A DNA stretch of 60,035 nt, filler included, from Rhizaria sp. SCN 62-66 (GCA_001724265.1; 5 parts of 5 records of this genome joined end to end with filler, not necessarily neighbours in it); one strand, 5' to 3'. Counted from the first letter of the whole stretch, positions 23,384 to 36,326 are shown. Numbers and translations are program-made. The notes: generated by a model from the sequence alone, not told the origin.

Positions 23384-26300
23384 GCTCGGAGCCGGCGCCG
23401 GTGGCAGTGCCGTCCTCGGACTCGGGCTCAGCGGGTTTGGCAGCAGTAGCGGCGGCGGCAGGCTTGGACTCAGCGGCGGCGGCAGCGGGCTTCGGCTGGT
23501 TGAGGACGACCTTGACAGGGGCCCTGGCGGGGACAGGCTTGGCGTCGGCGTCGCTGCCGCCGCTGCTGCTGACGTTGCCGCCTTTCTTGGAGTTGTCCTT
23601 GTGAGTCTCGCGAAACATCGCGCCGATCAGACTGCGGTCGTGGAGCCAGGCCGCGCCCTCGAACGTGTGCTCCGTGTCCAGGTCGATCTCGCCCTCGCCC
23701 TCCTCGACGGGAATGAAACGCAGCAGGTAACCCGAAACGAGCTGGGTAGCGCCGAAGGCGATGGCGATGAGCCACAGGTCCCACTCCTGTTAGGAACAAA
23801 AAAGAATAAAAAGCGAGGAATGTGCGAGCGAGTGAGAAATATATTTCTCGAACTAGAATTTAATTTCTAAAATGATTATTTTTAGACTAAATCAACAACA
23901 TTTACTCATTTTTACGTACCTGGTGGACGGTCGAGGCGAAAGAGCCGAAGACCTCAACCATGAGAATCTGAAAGCCGGCGGTGACGATGAGGATGATACT
24001 AAACCAAGCGTTCTCGAAAAAGCCCTCAAAGATGTTAAACTCACCGTTAACCTTGCGGGAGTTGATCTCGTTGAAGAACTGGCACCACACGAAGGTGTTG
24101 AAGATGAGAGTGTAGTGCTTCTCCTCGTTGTAGACGCCGCCCGGGTAGAAGCGGTTGTCGAGCCAGTGCTTGCCGTCGTAGAGGATGATGAGCAGGATGC
24201 CGAGCTGGATCGCGCCCTGGCCCAGGATGCTGCGCCACATCTTCTTCGAGATAAGGTTCGAATCGGGCTTATAGGGACGGCGCTGCAGCAGCACGGGCTT
24301 GGGGTTCTCGGTGCCGAGCGCGAGCGCGCCCATGGTGTCCATGATGAGGTTCACCCAGAGCAGCTGCACGGCCTTAAGCGGCTCCGTGCCGTCGGAGATG
24401 GCGCCGATGAGCGCGATGCCGAGCGCGCAGAAGTTGACGGCGCACTGGAACTGGAGGAACTTGCGGATGTTGTCGTAGACGCAGCGGCCCCACATGACCG
24501 ACTTGACGATCGAGGCGAAGTTGTCGTCGAGAATGATGATGTCGGCGGCGGCCTTGGCGACGTCCGTGCCGGCGATGTTCATTGCCAGACCGACGTCGGC
24601 GGCCTTGAGCGCGGGACCGTCGTTGGAGCCGTCGCCGGTGACGCCGACAACCTCGTTGTGCTCACGGAGGAACTTGACGAGCTCGAGCTTGTCTTCGGGC
24701 TGGCAACGGGCCATGACGCGCAGGTTCTTGACCAGCTCCACGAACTCGGGCTGGTCCTGGCCGTCGTTCTTGAGCTTGTACTGCTCCTGACGCTCCAGAG
24801 CCTGTGCATGTTAGAACAGTAAAAGGGAGCTTAATAGAGCACATAGATATGAGTGAACGAGAATAAAACGAAATAAATATAGTTGAATTGATTGGAATTA
24901 AAAATGAAAAAGAACATAGAAGCAGATAGGAAGGTGAGATAACGTACCATGCGGAAGTCGACGCCTTCGATGGCGACGTGGCGGTTGTGGGTAATGATGC
25001 CGCAGTCCTCAGCAATGAAGCGGGCCGTGTCGATGTTGTCACCCGTGACCATGCGGACGATGATGCCGGCCTGCTGTACGGTCATGACGGCCGCGCGCGA
25101 CTGCTCGCGGAGCGGGTCCTTGATGCCGACGAAGCCGATGAGTGTCCACTCGCCCACCTCGGCGGGATCAACCATCTGCCCGTCCTTGACCTCAACCTTG
25201 ACGCCGTCGACGTACGCCATCGCGATGCAGCGGAGCCCCACGCGGGTCATGTTGGACATGAGCTTCAACGGGTGGTTCTCCAGCATCGCGAGGCCCTGGC
25301 CGTGGTTGGGCTGGTGCTCAGGCTCGGTGCAGTAGAGAGCGTCGGTCTTGGCGCCGCCCGCGGGGCCCATCACGGCCCACTTGTTGCACGTGCGGCCGTC
25401 GCTGCGGCGGTGGCGGCACACGCCGTCGAACGCGCAGTCGCCGGCCTTGCTGTGCTCGTCACAGAGCGTGAGGTCGTCGGCTGAGTTGCCGCGCATGGCG
25501 TCGCGCTTGCAGCCTTCCTGCGAGCACTGCTTGAGCGCGAGCGAGCCTGTCGAGACGCGGTTGCCCTGGGCGTCAAGCGTGTAGGTGCAGGCCTTGATGA
25601 TGCGGTCCGCGGCGCCCTTGTAGAAGCGGCGGCACTGCGCCGTGTCCATCGACTCGGTCAGCATGATCACGGAAGAGTACTTCTTGGCGGAGGAGAACGG
25701 GTAGAACTGCATCGTGCGCTCGCGCGCGGCGACGCGCAGGTCCATGATGTTGGTCCCAGTCGGCGGCATGTGGTAGCGCGACAGCCACGACAGCAGCGCG
25801 GACTCGGTGGCGCCACCGTCGCCCTCCCACCGCCAGTCCTCGGGCGGAACCTCGAAGTTCATGTTCTCGGGGGTCACGCGGCGGTCCGAGTTGCACACGA
25901 CGCCGTCGACGAGCAGCGCGTGAACCGAGTCGGGGATCTCGGCGCGCTCGGGCTGGCAGTGGTAGTAGCGGCCGCCCACGAAGGTCTGCACCACGGTCAT
26001 CTTGTTCTGCGTCAGAGTGCCCGTCTTGTCGGAGCAAATCGCGGTGGCGTTGCCCATAGTCTCACAGGCAGAGAGCACCTTGACGAGGTTCTGGTCCTGG
26101 CGCATCTTAGCCATAGAGTAGGCAAGCGAAACGGTGACGGCGAGAGGAAGGCCTTCGGGGATGGCGACGACAATGATGGTGACGGAGATGATGAAGAACT
26201 GGATGATGTCGGTCCAGTCGTCGGACCACGTGAGCGTGTCGCCGGTCTCGACGTTGACGATGAAGCGCAGGGTCAGGGCCAGGAAGGTCGCGACGGCGCA

Positions 26301-27342
26301 GATGAGGCCGATGTAACCGATCATGCGCGCGGTGTCCTCGAGACGGATCTGCGCTCGGGTAAAGAAATAGTAAAAGATAGTTGAAAGAGTATATGTGAGC
26401 TATAGAAAACAAAAATAATAGCTATAGATAAAAATACATAGAGTATATGATATGGTCCAGTTCAAGGTTTTGAGGGTGAGATCTCGCATGTTATCTTGAC
26501 GAATATGGAACACATACCTGGAGCTTGGTCTGCTGGCTGGTCTGGATGAGCGAGGCCATGAGCTTGCCCTTGGCGGAGTTGATGCCGACGGCAGTAACGA
26601 GCATGAGGCACGAGCCCTCTACGAGCTCGGTGCCGGCGGACATGAAGGGCCACGCGGGGGTCTTTGCACACTCGTCGGACTCGCCAGTGAGCGCGGATTC
26701 GTTGCAGCGAATCGTTGTCTGGTCGATGAGGATGCCGTCGGCGGGGATCATCGAGCCAGGGTTAAGTGCAACGATGTCGCCGACGAGGATCTGGTCCTGC
26801 TCGAGCGCCATCTGCTGCTTGCCGCGCATGACGGTAACCTTGGAGCCCTTAAGTGAGGCCGCGAGCTTGAGGAACGCGACCTCCTGGGACCAGTTGTTGT
26901 ACGAAGTGACGAACGTGACGATGAAGACGGCGATCAAAATGGCAAGGCCTTCAATCCAGCCGGAGCTGGGATGCTGCGCGGTGTTGGCGGCGATGGAGAC
27001 GCAGCCACCGCAGATGAGGATGATGAGCATGGGGTCCTGAACGGCCTCCCACGCGTGCTCGAGGATTGGGTGGACGGGCGGCAGCGGCAGCTCGTTGACC
27101 GAGTACAGCTCCTTGCGGGTCAGGTAGTCTGACTCGCGCTCGTCGTCGCGAATGCCGCCCTCGGTGTCGGTGCGGAGCGCGTATGCGAGACCCATGAGGC
27201 CGCCCATTTCGTTGTACACGGCAGAGTTGTTGAACATGCACGTGAGCAAGTTGGTGTCGAAGTCCCATTGGTGCTCCGAAATAGACCGTAACGCCAGCGC
27301 GCGGGCGCTCTGACGGAACGAAAAGTTGTGGATTGCACTCAT
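23367..27342 (-). CDS. P-type IIB (PMCA-like) Ca2+-transporting ATPase; exons 27342-26518, 26348-24948, 24801-23920, 23786-23367
   Basis: Motifs NESALTGES, VVAIPEGLPLAVT, ICSDKTGTLT, MVTGDN, VTGDGSNDGPALK, NIRKFLQFQ, QLLWVNLIMDT, FNEINSRK. Three phase-0 GT-AG introns join the track ORFs in frame, giving about 1175 aa. Stop is TAA. Confidence 0.95.
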
Positions 27343-28184
27343 TGTCGGTGAGGCAAAACCACGACTAGGGTACGAAGACGCAAAGGGGGCACACCGAGAG
27401 CAAGGACAAGTCAGGAGAGAAGATGGCGGGTGAGTCGGGCGATTCATTATGGGCTCGGTTTCATCTCATTATAGGTACGCTGCGCAATTCAGATACCGGT
27501 CAGGAATGTGTCTGCTAGCATTATTCGTCAAACAAGAGCGAGCATGCGTGCTAAGCGCGGTGACAAGCGAGGTAGGAGGGGCAAAGAGGCAAGTGCAAAC
27601 GACAGATGGCAACCTGCTCTTGTCGATTTCCTTTGAAACAGCGCACTAAAGCAGCAGGTTCGCGTTCAGCGCTCAGCAAAAGAAACACCGTATTCTGTAC
27701 TCCGCTCTCATATTGGAAATAAATAAACAAACACTATCGTTGCACGTATCCGGTGCAAAACAGTCTCTTTCGCGATCGCTCAACGACGGAGCCGCAAACT
27801 GCTCTGCTCACCGCCACTCGACCGGTTCGCCAAAATCCAAATGCAATTTGACACCGACGCGACGAGACGAGAGCTGTTGCCTCTACCAAGCGTTTGTGGT
27901 TGAGCTCGAAGACTCAGACCCAACGACAGATCACACGTCTTGCTTCGCCCTGAGAGTCCATCAAGTAACATTCTGGTTTTTGTGGGAAGGGTATAGGTTA
28001 GCTTGATTTCAGAATCTATATTGAATTCTTCGTTGGGTGTTTCTGTCCCCGTCTATCCGCTCCTATCTGGCCCATCCACGAACTCACTTGCCCTGCCTTC
28101 TGTCTTTCTTCCCTCCTGTCATCTCTTGCGTCCATCTGGGTATGTTCTACATTCGCAATCCCTGCTACATACAGACTACGCGCT

Positions 28185-29408
28185 ATGGCTACCCAGGCTT
28201 CGCCGTTTGTTGAGGCCCCCGCCTGCGTCCAGGCCCAGAAGGTTCGTTGTCCTTCTCTCATGCACTAACTCTTGATCTCCTCCCACTCAACTGTTAGCCC
28301 ACTCAGTTCCTTTCATTTGCAATTTTTTTCACCATGCGACGACGAAATCTTACAAAATCCCATCCCCGCCCCCTTTTGCGCCTTATTTCCTCTTTCTGCG
28401 CTCTCAGGCTGGCCCCGGCTACGCGGACAAGTACCAGTCTGCAGTGAACCCCAACATCAAGTTCTCGCACGGCACCACCACCCTGGGGTTCAAGTTCCGC
28501 GACGGCGTCCTCATCGCCGTCGACTCCCGCGCCTCCATGGGCTCTTACATCGGCTCCAACACCGTGCAGAAGGTGATCCGCATCTCCAAGTATCTCCTGG
28601 GCACCATGGCCGGCGGCGCCGCCGACTGCACCTTTTGGGAGCGTCAACTTGCGCTGCAGTGCCGCATCCACGAGCTCAAGGAAGGCAAGCGCATCACCGT
28701 CGCCGCGGCGTCCAAGCGTCTCTGCAACATGGTCTACCAGTACCGCGGCAAGGGCCTGAGCATGGGCACCATGGTCGCCGGCTGGGACGAGGTCACGGGT
28801 CCCGCCCTCTTCTACGTCGACGACGAAGGCACCCGTCTCCGCGGCGACATCTTCTCCTGCGGTTCCGGCTCCACCTACGCGTACGGCATCCTGGACTCCG
28901 GGTACAAGTGGGACATGACCGTCGAGGAGGCGGTGGAGCTCGGCAAGCGCTCGATTTGGCATGCCACCCACCGGGACGCCTATTCCGGCGGCACCATCAA
29001 CGTCTTCTGCATCACCGCGGTACGCTCTTTGATTCATTTTTGTATCACGATAACAAGATGATATGTGCCACCACTTTGCTTTATTTTTTGTGTTTGCCTT
29101 TGCTGTTAAATTTATTTTACTGCTCTTTTCATTCCGCTGATGCTCGCTCTTTGTACTCTACTCTATTTGTTGTGTCTTTATCTCTTTTTTGTTGTTTTTC
29201 TTTCTTCCCATAGGACGGCTGGACTCAGCACTACGCGGGCGACATGAACGAGCTCCACTACGGTCAGTACGCGCTCGAGCGCGCCCAGGCCGCCGTCGCA
29301 CGCGGCGAAACCGTGGGCCGCGCTGACGTCGGCGCGGCTCTGGCGGCCGGGCTCATCACCGAGGACCAGGTCGACCGGGGACAGCTCACGCTCGCGGCCC
29401 AGACGTGA
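28185..29408 (+). CDS. PSMB5: 20S proteasome subunit beta 5; exons 28185-28241, 28408-29019, 29214-29408
   Basis: [10 protein letters not shown] autoprocessing site, [35 protein letters not shown]. Introns have GTTCGT and GTACGC donors. Stop is TGA. Exon 1 is less certain. Confidence 0.94.
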
Positions 29409-29975
29409 GTGCGCGCGTGGACACGCCGGCACGTAACTGAGTATGTGAGAGTGTGCGTGCGTGCCTATGGTGATGATGCGCCTCGTTTGTGAATGATGAC
29501 TGCACTACATTCACACTTCGTGTTGGAATGCTGTTTGTGTTATAGTGTCAAGAGAATATGGGGCCAATGTCCTTGGTGGTGTTGTTGTGAGTCGCAGCTC
29601 GCACGAAGGACGAGGCCGAGCTCGTGGAGTTACAAGACTGATGCTGTGTTGCCCGCTTTACTGTCAGTTAACAACAACAATGTCGTATAATAAGAATGTA
29701 TAATTCAGCACCAAATACAAATACATGTACATAATATAATCAGCGACTGCTGTTACAGCCGACATTCTGCATGAAATTCCCTTCGACAGCAATTGCCGGC
29801 CGCAATATAAAGGTGGCGTTTCTTGTGTACAGACTTCGTTTTCTTGTGAACACAGACTCTCTTTTTCGATGAAAACAATAAGAACCACGTATATAATTCG
29901 AATTATATACTGTGTCTCTGATATTATGTGACGCACGACATTTTACATAAAAAGCATGTGAGACGGTGACGAAGG

Positions 29976-30075
29976 NNNNNNNNNNNNNNNNNNNNNNNNN
30001 NNNNNNNNNNNNNNNNNNNTTAATTAATTAANNNNNNNNNNNNNNNNNNNNNNNNNNNNNNNNNNNNNNNNNNNN
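29976..30075. other. Artificial contig spacer
   Basis: Same linker. Confidence 0.98.
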
Positions 30076-30520
30076 TTGCGCTCGACGTAGTCGATGGCAC
30101 GGTACTTGGCAGCACCCTTGCGGTGAGTGGTCACGGCGTTGAAAACCGTGTTGTTACCCTTACGCTGAGCTGTAGTGGAGATAACAAGCAGGGCGGCAGT
30201 AGCAAGTGGGGAAGCCGAGAGGGGTTGGGGTTTGTGTTGGGAGCGCACAGGGCGGAAGGACAAACGTGGAGGAAAGTCGCAGTCGGAGAGAAAGCGAGGG
30301 GAATGCAGGGATAGAATAGAAAAAGGGAAATGAGATGATAAGAAGACAGAGGCAAAAAGTGGGAGAGAGTGTGAGAACAGGGATGCGACAGAGAGGGCTG
30401 GGAGGTTGGGTGAGCTTCAATGCGGCGGGCTCTACGAGAGCTCGTTGTGATATGACACAGCAGTGCGAGTGACAGATTTTAGCATGAATAGAGAGACGTA
30501 CCACGAATAACGCGACCCAT
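30076..30520 (-). CDS. RPL8: 60S ribosomal protein L8 (uL2), 5' part; exons 30520-30502 and 30169-<30076
   Basis: Spliced translation is [37 protein letters not shown]. Phase-1 intron 30170-30501 is GTACGT...CAG. Confidence 0.93.
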
Positions 30521-30999
30521 GTTGATTAGGTTTGTTACTTTGTCCACTTGCAACACGAAATCGATCAAAGTCAGTCCGCAGCTCAACTTCCTCGGTCGGC
30601 GCAGTCCAACCCACACCGCCAACAAAGTTAAGCCGCCGCGACTGTGAGCATCCACTTGGCTTGGTCGGTCAGCTCGACTCCACGACTTGACCACGAACTC
30701 GTTCATGTTGTGTTCTCGGTCAGGTGTCCGCCAGTGGAGATACTGCGTGCAATTCTCGGCGAGCCTAGCGCTTTTTTTATTAAATTTAATTTTCAAATTC
30801 CTTGCGAAGGCATTCTTGCGACTTACTGAGCCTCTGCTGAGGGCACTAGCACCAAGACTTGAAGACCGTTTGGCTCACTCTGCACCACGCCTTGTCCGCT
30901 TTGTAGTGCATGTGATTGCCCCTTGTTCGCTTAGACTGTTAAATCGACTACTATATAACTGTCAAGAAGTCCGTGTGGCTTATAATTGAACTTGTGCTT

Positions 31000-31696
31000 A
31001 TGATGTCCTCAGCATCAGCATCGTCTTCGTCAGCATCTGCATCTGCGTCCGCCGCGACTGCTACTGCCTCTGTTGCCTCACAGCAACAGCAACAGCAACA
31101 AGCATCGGCGGACAACACGTCTACCTCGTTGCCACATGAGCTGAACATGGCGAAGCTGCTGCTTGACCTTCCCATCATCCTTCCCTGCGAGCTCGACGAG
31201 GTACGCTCACACAACATACCCTCTTAGCTCTCAATCAATATCTTTGCACCTACCTTCCCTCACTCTTGCGATGTTGTGTTGTGCTGTTGTGCATTGTTTG
31301 TAGCTGCTGGAGGACAACGCGCTGCTGCTGACTGCGGCCGCGCAGTGCCAAGATCTGGGCCGGCTTGAAGACTCGCTGACGTACCTAAGCAAATTGCAAG
31401 AGAACATCGCGATCCTGGGCCGCCACTGCGAGATCTACCGCTCGCAATTCAACCCGCACGCGCTCACTGGCGCTGCGAGCGACGCTGCCAGTGCGAGCAC
31501 AAATGGCGCTAGTGCGAGCGCGACAGCAGGGGCGAGTTCTGGAGCTGCTGCTGGGGCGAATGCTGCGCCGGCGGCCAAAGTGCAGTTGCCGCCTGTGGCG
31601 GCACATTACGTTACACTGCAGAAAGAGCGTGCGCGCGCGTTCGCGGCGTTCATTGACGCCTACGTTGCCATGGTTCCGCCCGTCTCGCGCGCGTGA
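31000..31696 (+). CDS. SSXT/SS18-N (GIF-like) domain protein; exons 31000-31200, 31304-31696
   Basis: ELDE|LLEDNALLLTAAAQCQDLGRLEDSLTYLSKLQENIAILG resembles the SSXT pattern (IQxxLDENxxLIxxIxxxQNxGKxxECxxYQxxLxxNLxYLA). Intron is GTACGC...TAG. Stop is TGA. Confidence 0.7.
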
Positions 31697-32228
31697 GACA
31701 TCATGCGCCGTGGGCTGCTGGCGCTGACGTCTGTAGACGTGTCACAATGCAGACTGCGTCTCCCGTCACTACGCTGTAAAGATTTGAAGTTGAGCCATGA
31801 AGCGGGACAAATGAGGACGGAAAATAATCATATGCGTTAACGTCTATCGTCTTTGTGTGAATGTTATATAGTATGGTTAACTACATCTGTGTCTATCCAT
31901 AGGGGCTTCGGTGTGTGTAATTGGTACTGGCAGATCGAGCCGTTCCTGAGCCTGTCTGGGCGATGATAGCGAAACGGCTTGAAGATGAAATCCCGAGACC
32001 GTGTGCGGTATCATAGAAATATAATGATATGTGGTCACTTGATTTGATGCATAGACTCTCATTTCAATTTTACTTTGCTTTAATTCATCAAGTTGACGGA
32101 CACCTCAAGGTGTATCAAACAGATTTAGTCATCAGTACTGCCGATTCCTCTCAGCACTTTCGCACACCCCTTGTTCAGCCTCTAGCGCACACCCCTGTCG
32201 CTTTCGCGGCACCTGCGCCCTCACCGTA

Positions 32229-33550
32229 ATGTCCCACAACCTTGCGGCCAGTAGTATTGTCCCCGTGAACCAGAGTCCGATCTACGCTGCCGGAGACTGG
32301 CTCCCCATCCCGGCTGGCGCTCCCGCGAACGCTGAGGCCCTCAACCGCCTCTCACAGCCCACCAAGCGTCAGAAGGAGATTTGCAAGCAAACGTACGTTG
32401 TTAAATGATTTGATGCGTATATGTTATCTCGGTTAGTAGCGTGATGTTGTTATTCTACTTTGTTTAACCTCTCTAAAATTTGGACTCCTGCCACCATCAG
32501 GGACACGACCCTCTGCGGAGGGCTTATTTTCTTTATCACACGTATTTTCTGTATATAACGCTCACAATATCTCATTCTGACAATTTCCTTTGAAATTTCC
32601 GTGCTTACTTCATTGTCCACAGTCTGGCCCGCATTGAGACCTCTAAGCACGCCCCCCTGCCTCCGCCCGTTCTCTCCTCCGACCAGCCCCCGCTGCCGCC
32701 CGCGGCCGCCGAAGCAACCGAGCGCCTCACCGCGGTCAAACCGGGCTCGCGCACACTCCAGCGCATGCGCAACACGCTTGACCGCTATTTCCCCGCCGTC
32801 CGCGTCTCCGCATCGGGCGCGGCCGCTTCAGCCGACAGCGGCGGCGCTGACGGCGACGGCGGCGACGGCGGCGGTGGTGACGGTGACGGCGATGGCGACG
32901 CCGCTGCTGCTTCCGGTAAACCTCGCGGCGGTGGCGGCGGCGCGACGGGCCTGCAGGCAGCGCTGCAGCGCGCGGCGCACCTACGCGCCAAGGCCCCATC
33001 CCTGGCCCCGACCCCGAAGCCGCAGTACCCCGGCCGCGACCTTCGCGAGACCCCGCTCCCCGCCGCCGCTGAAGCGCGACTCGCAGCGCTGGCCAAACCG
33101 GGGCGACCGGGGCGGTGCCGCGCCAAGTACGCACACCCACCAAAGGAGCGGCATGATCTGCATGAGCGCACGGCGGTGGCGCCGGACACGCTGCGGCGGC
33201 TGGAGGAGCTCAGTAAGCCGCGGCGCGTCAATTCGCCAACGCACACCGCCGCTTTGACCGCGAATGCGCCTGCGAGTTCGAGTGCGACGGGGACGGGCAA
33301 AGGGACTGTGGGCAAGGGTGATGGCCGGCGCTAGTTACAGGGTGGTGCCGGGGAGGAGTCGCGGTCTAGGGGCGATGAGGACGCGGCTGCAGCTGCTGGA
33401 GCAATATCAACAGCGGAACCATCGGCGTCGGATGCAGCAGCAGCAATGGCAACGGCGGAGGCAGCGACTTCGGAGGCGGACACGGAACCCAAGGTGGATT
33501 CCCATGCAGATGGTGATTACGCGGATGGTGCGGAATCAGGGCAAGAGTGA
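32229..33550 (+). CDS. Protein with RLxxLxxP repeats (THEG/microtubule-binding-like); exons 32229-32392, 32623-33550; in-frame TAG at 33332-33334
   Basis: Phase-2 intron GTACGT...CAG. Repeats are ALNRLSQP, TERLTAVKP, ARLAALAKP and RRLEELSKPRR. After the TAG, 71 coding-like codons run to TGA at 33548-33550. Confidence 0.6.
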
Positions 33551-34416
33551 ATAGGGCTACAGACAGACAAGCTCATAAGGCATAACAAGACGTTGGCAAC
33601 GACACACGACTGTCACAATGGTGCTGAAGATGCTCTGCTCACAAAGATTATTGAACTAGCGCGGCTTGCAACGCATTGACACGCGGGATAACTTTGTCCG
33701 GGTGTGCAATTTGTTTTTGAGTTCGTCCGAGTTGACACTGGTGCTTCTAAACACTCAGGAGTGTTGAGTTACTCACGGCCACAGTGGATGTTAATGATGA
33801 AATTCGCTGGGCATATGCACGGGTCAATCAGAATACATAGAGACATCGTGTATAATACGAGCTATACATTTATATTATGCCAAATTGTATGCAGCCCGGC
33901 ATGAATAGTGCGTTATAAGCTCGATAAACTTAACTATTGTGATCTTGGAAGTACCGAAAAAGTGCTCGCAGCCAACGGCAGTGACGGTGGCTTCGCACCG
34001 ACCAGAGTTATTTAAAAAGGTAAACAACGCATGTCCAGACGTTAAATACTATCATCCTGTGTTTTAGTTGAATAATGCGTACTGGATTGGCCGTCCATTT
34101 CATTCGACGTGAAATCGAATTAAGTTTGGCTGCTGGAGAGCTGCTTTAAAGCTGAGCTTCGCGGGTCGAGGATATCGCTCCCCGTCGTCTCTCAAAATGG
34201 CATTTTTGAGCTGCACTGTAGCGCTGATTCGAACTCAGACCACGTTATACTTAAATCTAACGCAGTGCTGTTTGACAATCCCTCCGTGATCTACTCTGTG
34301 CAGCACACTGTCTTACCACGTGACCTTCTGTTTGCCCTCAACCCTCCCCCTCCTCCAAATTGTACAAACCCCGCAACGTCTTCGCTCGCGCCGTCTCCCC
34401 CAGGTCTCTGTCCGCG

Positions 34417-34974
34417 ATGCTCGCCCGTCAGATCAAGTCCGCGACTACGGTCGTCTCCCGCGCCGCTCGCGCGCTGTCGACCAAGGCCGCCAACGCGCCT
34501 TTCGTCGCCACCGACATCCTGAACCTGGACTCGCGCCTCACCGAGGAGGAGCGCATGGTGCGCGACACCGCCAACGCCTTCGCGCAACAGGAGCTCATGC
34601 CCATCGTTACCGAGTGGGCGCGCAAGGAGACGTTCGACCGTAAGATCATGGAGAAGTTCGGCGAGGTCGGTCTCCTCGGCGCCACGATCGAGGGCTACGG
34701 CTGCCCCGGCGTGTCCACCACCGCGTACGGCCTCATTGCGCGCGAGGTTGAGCGTGTCGACTCGGGCTTCCGCTCCGCCATGTCCGTCCAGTCTTCGCTC
34801 GTTATGTTCCCCATCTACAACTACGCGTCCGAGGCGATCAAGTCTAAGTACCTCCCCGAGCTGGCTAAGGGCAAGCTCGTTGGCGCGTTCGGCCTCACCG
34901 AGCCCAACCACGGCTCCAACCCCTCCGGCATGGAGACCCGCGCCCGCAAGGACGGCGATTCCTACATCCTCACC

Positions 34975-35009
<35 letters not shown>

Positions 35010-35793
35010 GGACGTGTTTGTCGTCTGGGCCAAGGATGATGAGGGAGTGATCTCGGGTTTCGTGCTCGAGCGCGGCATGGCCGGCCTTACCACCCCCAAG
35101 ATCGAGGGTACGTTTGCTTTAACAACAATCAATATCCACGTGTATTTTATTTAAATTGAACTCTTTTTCTTTGTATCTCATTGACATCGCATTATCTAAC
35201 CCTTTTTTACCTCTTTGTCTTCTTTTTTTTTCTTCACTGCAGGCAAGCTGTCCCTGCGCTCGTCTGTGACGGGTCAGATCATCATGGACGAGGTCCGTGT
35301 CCCCGCCGGCAACAAGCTTAACGTCTCCGGTCTCCGCGGCCCCTTCTCCTGCCTCAACTCTGCCCGCCTCGGCATCGCGTGGGGCGTCCTCGGCGCCGCC
35401 GAGTTCTGCATGGAGTACGCCAAGAACTACACGCTTGACCGCATCCAGTTCGGCCGCCCGCTCGCGGCGACGCAGCTGGTGCAGTTCAAGCTCGCCGACA
35501 TGGGCACCGAGATTGCGCTCGCGCAGCAGGCCGTGCTGCAGGTCTCCCAGCTCAAGGACCAGGGGCTCGCCAACACCGACATGGTTTCGCTCGTCAAGCG
35601 CAACAACTGCGTCAAGTCGCTCAACATCGCCCGTGTCGCGCGTGACATGCTCGGCGGCAACGGTATCGTCGATGAGTTCCACGTCATGCGCCACGCCGTG
35701 AACCTCGAGACCGTCAACACGTACGAGGGCACCGCCGACATCCACGCGCTCATCCTCGGTCGCGCCATCACCGGCATCCAGGCCTTCCAGTAA
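34417..35793 (+). CDS. GCDH: Mitochondrial glutaryl-CoA dehydrogenase; exons 34417-35107, 35243-35793
   Basis: Basic presequence, then [58 protein letters not shown] and [29 protein letters not shown]. Stop is TAA. Confidence 0.96.
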
Positions 35794-36326
35794 GCAGGTA
35801 TATCGCTATCCGCGAAAATAGCAACGGCGGTGCGACGTGCACATGCCGATGGGGAAGGGAAAGGGGTTGGGGAACTTATTTTATCTATTCGCTGGATGTG
35901 ACTGGCTGACTTTTAACTCTCGGTTGTCTCAAGCCAGTGCTTTGATCTTCTGTCGGAACAATGACAACACGCGTGGTCGGCATCTTGGATAAGACCGACT
36001 GCACTCAATTCAATAAAGCATCGCATACTTTGATCACAATGAGCTTGTGTGCTCTTTAAGCACCGTATATCTTGCATACCAGCTCTGAACTGCTTTTTGC
36101 TCGTTCAGAAGTCAAGCTTCAGAAGTCGGCTAACGATCGAGTCAATTTCATATGGAAGTCCTCGCAGAATCCGTTATCTAAACTGCTTCCGAGATATGAA
36201 ATCGCACATATATGTTTATCTATTTAATTTAAATAGCACGCTCAAAAACGTTTTATTTTCCTGTCAATCATACGTTTTTCGAACCGTCCTTCAGAGTCAG
36301 GTAACGACTCTTCGTTGATAATCACT

